Assembly (NCBI GenBank): GCA_016198905.1
Contig: JACQHR010000003.1
Coordinates: 1 to 58,096 of the forward strand
Direction of reading: 5' to 3'
From: Candidatus Omnitrophota bacterium
GTDB lineage: Bacteria > Omnitrophota > Gorgyraeia > Aquiviventales > Aquiviventaceae
Length of the DNA stretch: 58,096 nt
The notes under the pieces are model-generated. The model worked only from the letters and a program-made list of their open reading frames with translations. It did not search any database and was not told the DNA's origin. The number at the start of each line of letters is the position of its first letter. Position 1 is the first letter of the stretch. A program made the translations under genes and the position numbers. Shown here in pieces: positions 44,418-56,766 of the stretch.

Positions 44418-44433
44418 GAATTGTCAATATTGG

Positions 44434-44549
44434 TGATGTTCGTGGGTGACGCGGCGCCAGGGCCCCTACTCGCCCGGAGCCGACGACGGCGATAGTCCGG
44501 CGCGGCGAGGACGAGTGGGGTGGCGCCGCGGCAGGACCCACGAACATCA
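44434..44549 (+). repeat. GC-rich long-hairpin element, copy B
   Basis: Closing stem GATGTTCGTGGGT / ACCCACGAACATC. Core GACGCGGCGCCAGGGCCCCTACTCGCCCGGAGCCGACGACGG-CGATAGT-CCGGCGCGGCGAGGACGAGTGGGGTGGCGCCGCGGCAGG. Internal 9-bp helix GCGGCGCCA / TGGCGCCGC. Confidence 0.85.
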
Positions 44550-44567
44550 TCCATCAATCGATTATGA

Positions 44568-46093
44568 ATGGCGCATATGATGCAAACTGGACGAGTCTAC
44601 TTAGTCGGGGCCGGGCCGGGCGATCCGGGACTCCTGACGGTGAAGGGAGCAGCCGTGTTGCGTTGCGCCGACATCGTGGTGTATGACCATCTCGTCTCGC
44701 CGCGACTGCTGAAGGCATGCCGTCCATCGACGAAGCGCGTCTATGTCGGCAAAGCTGCCGATCGCCACACGGCGACGCAAGCGATGATCAACCGGCTGCT
44801 TATCCGTGCGGCGCGCGCCGGCAAATCGGTGGTGCGCCTAAAAGGCGGTGACCCGTTTCTGTTTGGTCGCGGCGGGGAAGAAGCGCTCGCGCTGCGTCGC
44901 GCGAATGTGCCTTATGATATTGTGCCCGGCGTGACGAGTGCGATTGCGGTGCCGGCCTACGCCGGCATTCCGGTGACGCATCGCCAAGTCTCATCCTCAG
45001 TGGCGATAGTGACGGGTCATGAAGATCCAAGCAAAGGAACCAGCGCGATTCAGTGGGAGCGATTGGCCATGTCTTGCGAGACGCTCGTGTTCATGATGGC
45101 GGTCAGCCGATTGCCTGCGATCGCCACACGATTAATCCGTAGCGGGCGCGCGGCCACGACGCCATGCGCGGTGATCGAGTGGGGTACCTACCCGCGCCAG
45201 CGCACGGTGACTGCACCGTTGAAGACGATCGCCGCTGCAGCTCGGCGCGCCTCGATTAAGGCGCCGGCGATTCTCGTCGTCGGCCACGTGGTGTCGCTGC
45301 GCCGGCAACTGCGGTGGTTCGAACGCCGACCGCTGTTCGGGACGCGCCTCTTGGTGACGCGCGCCTCTGAGAAGGCCGGCGATCTCGTCACGCGGCTCGA
45401 AGCGCTGGGGGCGGAGGTCGAGCAGCTGCCCGCCATCGAATTGGCTCCGGTAAAACTCTCCGCGGCGTTTCGCGACGCCGTCACGGCGCTGCCGCAGACG
45501 CACTGGGTGTTTTTCACGAGTCCTGAAGGCATCGGATGGTTTCGACATATGCTCAAGCCGCTTCGCAAGGATCTGCGATGCTTGGCCGGGTGCCACATCG
45601 GCGCCATCGGGCCAAAGACGGCTGAGACGATTGAGCAGCTCGGGCTCCACGTCGATTTTGTCCCGCGGCAGTTTCGCCAAGAGGGGGTGCTGCAGGAGCT
45701 GCCGCAGCGCATGCTGCGCGGCACGCGCGCCGCGATCTTCTGCGCGGCCGGCAGCCGCGACGTCCTGGCCGAGGGATTGCGCGCTAAGGGTATGACGGTG
45801 GCTAAAGTCTCGATCTATCACACAAGGAGTCCTAAGACGATGATACGCGACGTGCGCGCGCTGTTTCGGCGCCCCTTCACATACGTGACCGTGACCTCCG
45901 CGAGTTGCGTCGACCACCTGGCTCAAGCGTTGCGCGCGGCGGGCCAAGCCGCTCAGTTTCGGCGCGTGCGGTTCGCGTCGATCGGACCGATCACATCGGC
46001 GGCGGTGCGCGCGCGCGGCGGGCGCGTGGCTATCGAAGCGCGCATGTCGACGATCGATGGGCTGGTGGACGCGTTGCGTCGGCGAGGAGTGCG

Positions 46094-46097
<4 letters not shown>
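44568..46097 (+). CDS. cobA: Fused uroporphyrinogen-III C-methyltransferase / uroporphyrinogen-III synthase
   Basis: VYLVGAGPGDPGLLTVKGAAVLRCADIVVYDHLV, RLKGGDPFLFGRGGEE, then a HemD-like C-terminal half. Confidence 0.88.
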
Positions 46098-47157
<1,060 letters not shown>

Positions 47158-47161
<4 letters not shown>

Positions 47162-48516
47162 AGGTTGTGAGAGCTGCTCGCCGGCAACGAGTGCCTTTCG
47201 TTTCACGTTTCACGTCTCGCGTTTCACGTCGCAACGTGAAACCTGAAACCCGAAACGTGAAACGAGGCGGAGGTAGTGATAGTGCGCAATGCTTAGTCGG
47301 CGGCGTCAACAGCCCAGTGCGCGCGTTTCGGCATGTGGGCGGTGATCCGCTGATGGCGGCGCGAGCGCGCGGCGTCTCGCTCGTGGATACGCAGGGACGA
47401 ACGTATCGCGACTTCATCATGGGCTGGGGTGCGTTGATACTGGGGCACAATCCTCCCGCGGTGATGCGCGCGATTCGTCAGGCCGCCGCGCGAAGCACCG
47501 TCTTAGGTCTAACGCATCCGGCAGAGGTCGAGCTCGCCCGGCTCATCGTCGAAGCGGTGCCGTCGGTGGAGCAGGTGCGGTTCACCGTCTCAGGCACCGA
47601 GGCCTGCATGACGGCGGTGCGCCTGGCGCGCGCCCACACGGGCCGGACGCGCGTGCTCACCTGTGAGGGCTCCTACCACGGGCATGGCGATACGCTGATG
47701 GCGGGCAAGACCGCGGGCATTCCCGTGGACTACGCGCGTCATCTCATCACGGTGCCCTTCAATGATCGCGGCGCATTCGAAGAGGCGATCGCGCGCCACC
47801 ACGAGACGCTCGCGTGTGTCATCGTGGAGCCGGTGGCGGCCAATACCGGCGTCATTCCTCCCATAGCCGGATGGCTGCGGCGACTGCGAGCGCTGACATC
47901 GCAGCATAGGATCGTCCTTATCTTTGATGAGGTCGTGACCGGGTTTCGGTTGGCGCGCGGCGGCGCGCAAGAAGCCTTCGGCATTACGCCGGATCTGACA
48001 ACGTTCGGCAAGATCATCGGCGGCGGATTGCCCATCGGCGCGCTTGGAGGGCCTCGGCGCCTGATGCGGCGGCTCGCCCCTGAAGGCGATGTGTATCACG
48101 GCGGCACATTCGCCGGCCATCCGCTGAGCATGGCCGCCGGTGTGGCTACCTTGCGAGCGCTGCAGGCGCATCCGCCGTATGCGCGCCTTTCGTCGCTGAC
48201 GCAGGAGCTCGTTGACGGACTACGCGCAGTCGCCGGCAAGGTTGGTGTTGCCATCCACATCAATGTGACGGGGTCGATGTTCACGGTCTTCTTCACGCAG
48301 GCGCCAGTCCGCAACGCGGCCGATGTGAGCGCCAGCCGCCGGGATCAGTTCGCGGTCTGGTCGCGCGCGCTGCGAGCGCAGGGCATTCTCATTCCTCCAT
48401 CGCCTTATGAGGCGATGTTTCTCTCGACCGCTCATCGACAAGCAGATGCGGACGCCTTCGTGCGAGCCGCGCGTGCCGCGTTTGCCGCGGTGGCCGACGG
48501 CGTGCGTGGAGCGTAA
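47158..48516 (+). CDS. hemL: Glutamate-1-semialdehyde 2,1-aminomutase
   Basis: GGVNSPVRAF, GWGALILGH, FGKIIGGGLPIGA. Start uncertain: ATG 47158 (ATGA overlap with hemB, reads through the hairpin) or in-frame GTG 47236 / 47257 inside the GTGAAAC arm. Confidence 0.88.
47199..47264. repeat. Heptamer hairpin cassette, GTTTCAC / GTGAAAC family
   Basis: CGTTTCACGTTTCACGTCTCGCGTTTCACG-TCGCAA-CGTGAAACCTGAAACCCGAAACGTGAAACG. Confidence 0.88.
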
Positions 48517-48520
48517 TTCG

Positions 48521-49210
48521 ATGGCTCGATCTGTGCCTCGCTCGAATCACCGTGCCGCAACGGCTCGGATGGCGCCCGAAGCCTGCGTGGCGCGGCTCTC
48601 GCTGTATGCGCGCGAGCTCGCACGGCTGGCGCACCAGCGCGTCGGCTACGTGTCCTCACGGCGGCTCGCGCAGCAGTTGGGGTTGACCGATACGCAGGTG
48701 CGGCGCGATTTAAGCACCTTCGGGCAGTTCGGCACGAGCGGCCGGGGCTATGAAGTCCAGCGGTTGCATGATCGGCTCACCGCCATTCTTGGTGTCTCAG
48801 GTCGAACCTGGAACGTCGCGCTGGCCGGCGCCGGGAATCTCGGCTCAGCCTTGCTGGCCTATCGCGGATTTAAGGAACGCGGGTTCTTATTTCGATTGGT
48901 CGTCGATGCGGATGCGAACAAAGTCGGGCGCGTCGTTCAGGGGCACGCCGTCGCGTCGGCACACGATCTCACGCAGATCGTCAGGCGGCACGACATTCAC
49001 ATCGGCGTCATCGCCGTTCCGGTGGAAGCGGCCCAAGCGGTGTGCAATCAATTCGTAGCGGGCGGTGTGCGGGCGATCGTGAATTTTGCTCCGATTCATC
49101 TGGACGTGCCGCCGACGGTGTGGCTGCGCGTCGTCGATCTGGCCAGCGAGCTGGAAACCTTGGCGTTCTATCTTGCGCGGACGACAAAATTCGAGACCGC
49201 GACTCCATGA
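48521..49210 (+). CDS. rex: Redox-sensing transcriptional repressor Rex
   Basis: RLSLYARELARL..VSSRRLAQQLGLTDTQVRRDLSTFGQFGTSGRGYEV plus a Rossmann domain VALAGAGNLGSAL. Confidence 0.88.
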   Translation: MARSVPRSNHRAATARMAPEACVARLSLYARELARLAHQRVGYVSSRRLAQQLGLTDTQVRRDLSTFGQFGTSGRGYEVQRLHDRLTAILGVSGRTWNVALAGAGNLGSALLAYRGFKERGFLFRLVVDADANKVGRVVQGHAVASAHDLTQIVRRHDIHIGVIAVPVEAAQAVCNQFVAGGVRAIVNFAPIHLDVPPTVWLRVVDLASELETLAFYLARTTKFETATP

Positions 49211-49908
49211 CTCCCGAAGAGAAACGGCCGTTCGTGCAGCGGCTCTTTACGCGCATCGCCCCGCGCTATGACTGGTTCAATCGGCTCGCCAGCTGCGGGC
49301 TCGATCAGGGCTGGCGCAGGCGCGCGCTGATCCGCGGTGAGATTCAGCCGGGCCAGCGCGTGCTGGATGTCTGCGCGGGTACTGGCGATCTTGCAATTCT
49401 CTGCGCTCGGCGCCAGCGGGGACAGGGCACCGTGATCGGCGTCGATATGAATCGCGACATGTTGATGCGCGCGGCCCAGAAACAGCAGGCACGCCGCATG
49501 GGCATCGCCTGGTTCCAGGGTGATGCTGAGGCGCTGCCCTTTGCCACGGACAGCTTCGATCGCGTCGTCATCGGATTCTCGACGAGGAATCTCAGCGATG
49601 TGACGAAAGGACTGCGCGAAATGGTCCGGGTCCTCAAGCCACACGGGCGGCTCGTGATTTTAGAAACCGGCCGTCCCAGCAATCCGGTGCTGCGCTTTGG
49701 CTACCAGGCGTTTCTCTTTACCGTCGTGCGGGGCATCGGGTTTGCGCTGACCGGCGAGTGTTGGCCGTTTACATATCTGGCGCGCTCGGTGCAACAGTTC
49801 CTCACGCCGCAGCAAGTGGTCGAACGCTTGCAGAGCATCAAAACTCAGGTAGAATACATCCCTCTTTCCTGTGGACTCGCCAGTCTGTACGTGGCGACGA
49901 AATCATAA
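49207..49908 (+). CDS. ubiE: Demethylmenaquinone/ubiquinone C-methyltransferase (UbiE/MenG family)
   Basis: RIAPRYDWFNRLASCGLDQGWRR, VLDVCAGTGDL. ATGA overlap with rex. Confidence 0.85.
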   Translation: MTPEEKRPFVQRLFTRIAPRYDWFNRLASCGLDQGWRRRALIRGEIQPGQRVLDVCAGTGDLAILCARRQRGQGTVIGVDMNRDMLMRAAQKQQARRMGIAWFQGDAEALPFATDSFDRVVIGFSTRNLSDVTKGLREMVRVLKPHGRLVILETGRPSNPVLRFGYQAFLFTVVRGIGFALTGECWPFTYLARSVQQFLTPQQVVERLQSIKTQVEYIPLSCGLASLYVATKS

Positions 49909-49924
49909 TCAATCATAATCGAAT

Positions 49925-50995
49925 ATGAGTGTTCGGACAGCGCCTCGTAAGTCGCGATCGACCGTGTCATCCATCACGCGTCCGCCTCGCATGGCGGCGA
50001 AGCCTGTGCCGCAATCCGCTCAGCGCGCCGCTCTGGATCAGGCGCTGGCTCCGGTCAAAGAAGACCTTGAGGCGGTGACCGAGCGCCTGCTCTGCCAATT
50101 ATCAGACCCGGTTGCGCGCACCGTGGTCTACCTCATTACGGCGGGCGGCAAGCGGCTGCGCCCGGCGCTCGTGTTGCTGGCAGGCGCGTGCGGCCCCTTG
50201 CCGAACCGCGCCGCCCTCATCGACACGGCCACCGCCGTCGAGCTCATCCACACCGCGACCCTCATCCACGACGATATCATCGACCAATCGCCGCTGCGCC
50301 GCTCGCAGCCGACGTTCCATCATCGGTGGGGCACCGAGCGCGCGGTGCTTATGGGCGACTATCTCTACGCGACGGCCTTCACGCTCTTGGCGCGGCTTGG
50401 CGTGCCGTACGTCATGGAAGTCATGGCGGACGTCTGCCAGCAGCTGTGTCGCGGCGAGCTGCGCGAAGTGGAAGCGCGCTATCGCGTGGACTTAACCGAA
50501 GCCGAATATTTCGACATCATCCGTGACAAAACCGCGTCGCTCATCGGAGGCTGCTGCCGCAGCGGAGCGTATCTGAGCGGCTGCGCGCCCGACGCGATCG
50601 AAGGGCTGGCGGCATTCGGCGTGAGCTTCGGCACGGCCTTCCAGATCATCGACGACTGTCTGGATTTGATGGGCGATCAGCACGAGATGGGCAAGTCGAT
50701 CCTCGCCGACCTCGATAAAGGCGCACTCTCGCTGCCGATCATTTATTTGACGCAAGCGCTCTCGCGGCGCGAGCGCGACACATTGTTTGCGCCGCTGCGG
50801 AAGCACGCGACCGACCCGGTGTTTCTCGCGCGAGTCGCGGCAGCGGCTCGCGACGCCGGCACCATTGCCAAAGCGCAGGCGCGCGCGCAATCGCTCATGG
50901 ACGCGGCACAGGCCTCGCTGGCGCGCATACCGATCAACGGATGGCACGTCGCGTACGAGCAGCTTGCGGCGTACGCCGTCTCACGAAGAAGTTAA
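49925..50995 (+). CDS. Long-chain polyprenyl diphosphate synthase
   Basis: LIHDDIIDQS and FQIIDDCLD aspartate-rich motifs. Confidence 0.88.
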   Translation: MSVRTAPRKSRSTVSSITRPPRMAAKPVPQSAQRAALDQALAPVKEDLEAVTERLLCQLSDPVARTVVYLITAGGKRLRPALVLLAGACGPLPNRAALIDTATAVELIHTATLIHDDIIDQSPLRRSQPTFHHRWGTERAVLMGDYLYATAFTLLARLGVPYVMEVMADVCQQLCRGELREVEARYRVDLTEAEYFDIIRDKTASLIGGCCRSGAYLSGCAPDAIEGLAAFGVSFGTAFQIIDDCLDLMGDQHEMGKSILADLDKGALSLPIIYLTQALSRRERDTLFAPLRKHATDPVFLARVAAAARDAGTIAKAQARAQSLMDAAQASLARIPINGWHVAYEQLAAYAVSRRS

Positions 50996-51011
50996 GGAGT
51001 AGTCGGCACGA

Positions 51012-51593
51012 ATGGACGACACACCCCCCGTTTTGTCTGCGCCGGATCAACCGACGAATCCGTTTGAAGGCCTCAAGTCTCCCAATGACATGTGGAAGCT
51101 GCTCGAGGAACGCTTCGGCCGCCGCCAGTTTCTGCTGAAGTCGGGGTGGGCGTTTTTCTGGGTGTTTCTCGGCGGGTGGCTGCTGTCGAACCTACGCTAT
51201 CTGTTTCCCAACGTGCTCTATGAGCCGACGCTGTCCTTTAAAGCGGGCAAGCCGGCAGATTTTCCGCTGGGCATCAGCGAGAAGTGGAAGAAAGCTCAGC
51301 GAACCTGGATTGTGCGGACCGACAAGGGCTTCTACTGTTTCTGGGCGCGCTGCACGCACTTAGGCTGCACGCCGAACTGGTTTGACGCGGAGAACCGGTT
51401 CAAGTGTCCGTGCCACGGCTCGAACTTCAACCGCGATGGCGATGTGGTCGCCGGCCCGGCTCCGAAGCCGTTGTGGCGGTGCGCGATCACCATGGCCGAT
51501 GACGGGCAGCTCCTGATTGATAAAGGCCGGCTCGAGAACCGTCCTGGCGCCAGAGAGAAGGGCGAGTTCTTCCTTCCCTATGAGAGCGCCTAA
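51012..51593 (+). CDS. Rieske 2Fe-2S subunit of a cytochrome bc/b6f-type complex
   Basis: N-terminal TM segment, [10 protein letters not shown] and CPCHGSNF motifs. Confidence 0.88.
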   Translation: MDDTPPVLSAPDQPTNPFEGLKSPNDMWKLLEERFGRRQFLLKSGWAFFWVFLGGWLLSNLRYLFPNVLYEPTLSFKAGKPADFPLGISEKWKKAQRTWIVRTDKGFYCFWARCTHLGCTPNWFDAENRFKCPCHGSNFNRDGDVVAGPAPKPLWRCAITMADDGQLLIDKGRLENRPGAREKGEFFLPYESA

Positions 51594-51595
51594 CG

Positions 51596-53412
<1,817 letters not shown>

Positions 53413-53413
<1 letters not shown>

Positions 53414-54684
53414 TGAAGCGTCTCTTGTTCGTGCTGCTGACCGGTCTGCTGGCGGTGTTGTTTGTCATCACGATGTGGCGGGACACGGCTCGTGAATGGA
53501 CCAGCTATCAAGGCCGGTTCCTGAAGACGCTGCACACGGACGAGCGCCGCAATGTCAGCGGCGGCATCAAGCAGATCATCGTGAAGGACCTCAACCGTGT
53601 GGATCGCTGCACAACCTGCCATCTGGCGATTGATAAACCGCAGCTCGCCTTGGGGGAAGAACCCTTCACCGCGCATCCCGGCAAGTTCCTCGAATGGCAT
53701 CCGGTGGAGAAGTTCGGCTGCACCGTCTGTCATGGCGGCCAGGGGCTGGCGACCGAGGTGAAGGCCGCGCACGGCGACGTCAAGCATTGGGAAGACCCGT
53801 TGCGGCGCGGCAATGTCGTGCAAGCCTCCTGCCGGCAGTGTCACGGAGACCTGAAGGCGATCGAAGCGCACGTGCCGGCGCTGATCAAAGGGCGCGAAGT
53901 GTTTCTCGCGAAGGGCTGCTATGGGTGTCACACGATCAAGGACTTCGGACAGACCGTATCACAGGATCTCACTGAGATCGGCTCGAAGTCGTATCAGCTC
54001 ATGGAAGCCGACTTCGAGATGATGAGCCCTCCGCATGACCGCATTCGCTGGCTCGAGACCAAGCTGCGGCATCCGCGCATGTTAAACCCTGGGGTTCGGC
54101 CCGAGCATCTGCCGCCCGGCGAGGAAGAAATATTCCCCTCTGCCATGCCGCACTTTGGCTTGAACCAGGATGACATCGAATCGGTGACGACGTATTTGCT
54201 CAGTCTCACAGCATCCAATCTGCCGGCGTCGTACGTGATGCCGGCGCCCCCAGAGCCGACGGTGACATACGCTTCTGATCTTGAGCATGGCACAGCCGTG
54301 TTCGAAAAGTATGGGTGCGCCGCCTGCCACGGCATTGGCGGTGTGGGAGGGCGGCACAACTGGAACGGCGGCTTGGGGGAAGAGACTCCGCCATTACTGT
54401 ATGTGAAAGCCTATTACGGCAACCATGTTGAGGAATTGAAGACGCTGATCCGGTCCGGCCGTCAGCCGGTGCCGCGCATGAATGCCGGCCGGCCGAACCC
54501 AGGGCTCTATATGCCGGCGTGGAAGGATCGCATCTCCGAGCCGGACTTGGACGCGTTGGTCGTCTACCTCTTCTCGCTGGCCGATCGCTTGCCTCAACCA
54601 CAAACACCCCAAGCAGCGACCGATCAAGCCCAGACTTCACCATCTCAGCCCACTGCGCCCGTCGATTCTTCGCCAATCAACTAG
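53413..54684 (+). CDS. Membrane-anchored pentahaem c-type cytochrome
   Basis: N-terminal TM segment and five CxxCH motifs (CTTCH, CTVCH, CRQCH, CYGCH, CAACH). TAATG overlap with cytochrome b. Confidence 0.85.
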
Positions 54685-54705
54685 ATGGTATAATACCGAA
54701 CCATC

Positions 54706-55782
54706 ATGACGAATCGGATTGTGGTTGCCATGAGTGGAGGCGTCGATAGCTCCGTCGCTGCGGCGTTGCTGCACGAGCAAGGCTTCGAGGTGATCGGGGT
54801 GACGATGCAGCTCTGGGGCAAGGACGTGTGCAGCTCTTCCGGCACCCGCCTGTGCTGCTCCGTGCGCGACGCCATGGACGCGAAAGCGGTCGCGAAGCGC
54901 CTCGGCATCCGGCACGAAGTCCTCGAACTGGAGCAGACCTTCCGCACCCATATCATCGACTACTTCGTGGAGAGCTATCGGGAGGGGTTGACTCCGAATC
55001 CCTGCATCGCCTGCAACGATCACATCAAGTTCGGTTCCTTGCTCGAGCACGCCGATCGTCTGGAGGCTCCCCTGATCGCGACCGGCCATTATGCGCGCAT
55101 CTCACATGACGGTGAGCGCGATCGCGCGATCCTCAGGCGCGCCGCGGATCCACGCAAGGATCAGTCCTACGTCCTCTTTAATCTCACGCAACCGCAGCTG
55201 ACCCGCGCGCGGTTTCCGCTGGGCGAGTTCGGCAAAGCGCAGGTGCGCGAGATGGCGCGTGCGCTCGGGCTGGCCACGGCGGAAAAGCCGGACAGCCAAG
55301 ACGTCTGCTTCGTGCGCGATCGCGATAAGAACGGCTTTCTCAGAAAAGAGCTCAAGGTCGCAGACGAACCCGGCCCGATTATCGACGTCACAGGACGCGC
55401 GTTGGGAACTCATCAGGGGTTGCTCGGCTACACGATTGGCCAGCGCGAGGGGTTGGGGCTTGCGGTCGGGACACCGCTGTATGTCATTAGGTTGGATCAG
55501 CCGAACAATCGGCTCATCGTGGGATCGAACACAGAACTGTTGCGCGACACGTTGGTCGCGGAGCGGGTCAATTGGGTGTCGATCGCGCCCCCGCAGACTC
55601 CCATTCGTGCCTGGGCCAAGATTCGTTCGCGCCATGAACCTGCGGCCGCAGAGATTCATCCCTTGCACGATGGCGGCGCACGCGTTGCGTTCGATGAGCC
55701 GCAGTCGGCGATCACGCCGGGTCAAGCGGTCGTCTTCTATGAAGGGGATCTGCTGCTCGGTGGAGGATGGATCGCGAAATGA
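54706..55782 (+). CDS. mnmA: tRNA 2-thiouridine(34) synthase
   Basis: VVAMSGGVDSSVAAALL, PNPCIACN, KDQSYVLF. Confidence 0.93.
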   Translation: MTNRIVVAMSGGVDSSVAAALLHEQGFEVIGVTMQLWGKDVCSSSGTRLCCSVRDAMDAKAVAKRLGIRHEVLELEQTFRTHIIDYFVESYREGLTPNPCIACNDHIKFGSLLEHADRLEAPLIATGHYARISHDGERDRAILRRAADPRKDQSYVLFNLTQPQLTRARFPLGEFGKAQVREMARALGLATAEKPDSQDVCFVRDRDKNGFLRKELKVADEPGPIIDVTGRALGTHQGLLGYTIGQREGLGLAVGTPLYVIRLDQPNNRLIVGSNTELLRDTLVAERVNWVSIAPPQTPIRAWAKIRSRHEPAAAEIHPLHDGGARVAFDEPQSAITPGQAVVFYEGDLLLGGGWIAK

Positions 55783-56645
55783 GCACACAGCAGGTGATAG
55801 GTGAGTGTCGGCAACTCCTCGAAGAGAAACTCACGAGAGTCCGTGAGGTCATAGCATCCTTCGGACGGGTGATGGTGGCGTTCTCCGGCGGAGTCGATTC
55901 GACGCTGCTCGCGAAGATGGCGCGCGACGTGCTTGGCAAAGCCAATGTGCTGACGGTGACCGCCGATTCGCCATCGCTGGCTCGGGAAGATTTAGAGGAA
56001 GCGCGCCGACTCGCGCAAAAGCTCGATCTCCAGCATCGCGTGATTCACACACACGAAGTCGCGGATGCGCTCTACCGCCGCAACACCGCCGCGCGCTGCT
56101 ATGTCTGCAAGCAAGAGCTCTTCGTGGAGTTGGAAGAGCTGGCACAGGCCGAAGGCATTTCAGCCATCCTCTATGGCGCCATCAGCGACGATCAACTGGC
56201 TGAACGTCCGGGACAACGCGCGGCGGCTGAACGGGGTGTCAGCGCGCCGCTGCAGGACGCCGGCCTCGAGAAATGGGAAGTGCGCGAACTGGCCAGAGCG
56301 CTCGGCTTATCCAATTGGAAGCGGCCGCAGAACGCCTGCCTCTCCTCACGGATTCCGCATGGGATGGATGTGACAGAGGAGAAGCTGCGTCAGATTGAGG
56401 CCGCCGAAGCGTTTCTTCGCGGACAAGGATTTGTGCAAGTGCGCGTCAGACACCTCGGCGCGCATGCCCGGATCGAAGTGAGTCGAGATGAGGTGGCGCG
56501 GTTCAACGACGCGACACTCCGCGCGGCGGTTGCGGGCCAATTCGAGTCCCTCGGTTTCGAGACGGTCGGCATCGGTCGCGCCGGCTACCAACCCGGCGGC
56601 GCCAATCATCGCGACGTCGATGAGGTGCCACTTCTGGCGGTGTAG
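55779..56645 (+). CDS. larE: LarE-like PP-loop ATP-dependent sulfur transferase
   Basis: VAFSGGVDSTLLA, CYVCKQELF, NACLSSRIPHG. ATGA overlap with mnmA. Confidence 0.78.
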   Translation: MSTQQVIGECRQLLEEKLTRVREVIASFGRVMVAFSGGVDSTLLAKMARDVLGKANVLTVTADSPSLAREDLEEARRLAQKLDLQHRVIHTHEVADALYRRNTAARCYVCKQELFVELEELAQAEGISAILYGAISDDQLAERPGQRAAAERGVSAPLQDAGLEKWEVRELARALGLSNWKRPQNACLSSRIPHGMDVTEEKLRQIEAAEAFLRGQGFVQVRVRHLGAHARIEVSRDEVARFNDATLRAAVAGQFESLGFETVGIGRAGYQPGGANHRDVDEVPLLAV

Positions 56646-56709
56646 CTCAGTTGGTTAGAGCAGGGGAATCATAATCCCAAGGTCGCAGGTTCGAGTCCTG
56701 CCGCCGCCA
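56636..56709 (+). tRNA. tRNA with CAT anticodon (elongator Met or, more likely, Ile2/lysidine type)
   Basis: Hand-folded: acceptor GGCGGTG/CGCCGCC, D arm GCTC-AGTTGGTTA-GAGC, anticodon loop ATCATAA, T arm GCAGG-TTCGAGT-CCTGC. G1-C72 excludes an initiator. From memory, the body resembles E. coli tRNA-Ile2. The 5' end overlaps the larE stop. Confidence 0.85.
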
Positions 56710-56766
56710 GTTTTTCTTCTTTGTGTGTCTGATGTGGTTGAAGATGGACAACCCAACGCGTCTGCC

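Noticed and set aside
43333-44420. Integrated mobile element or prophage remnant at tRNA-Arg.
   Set aside because: No integrase, transposase or phage-like ORF, and no direct repeat of the tRNA 3' end that I could find. Only the compositional shift and orphan genes remain, and these are reported as a low-key islet.
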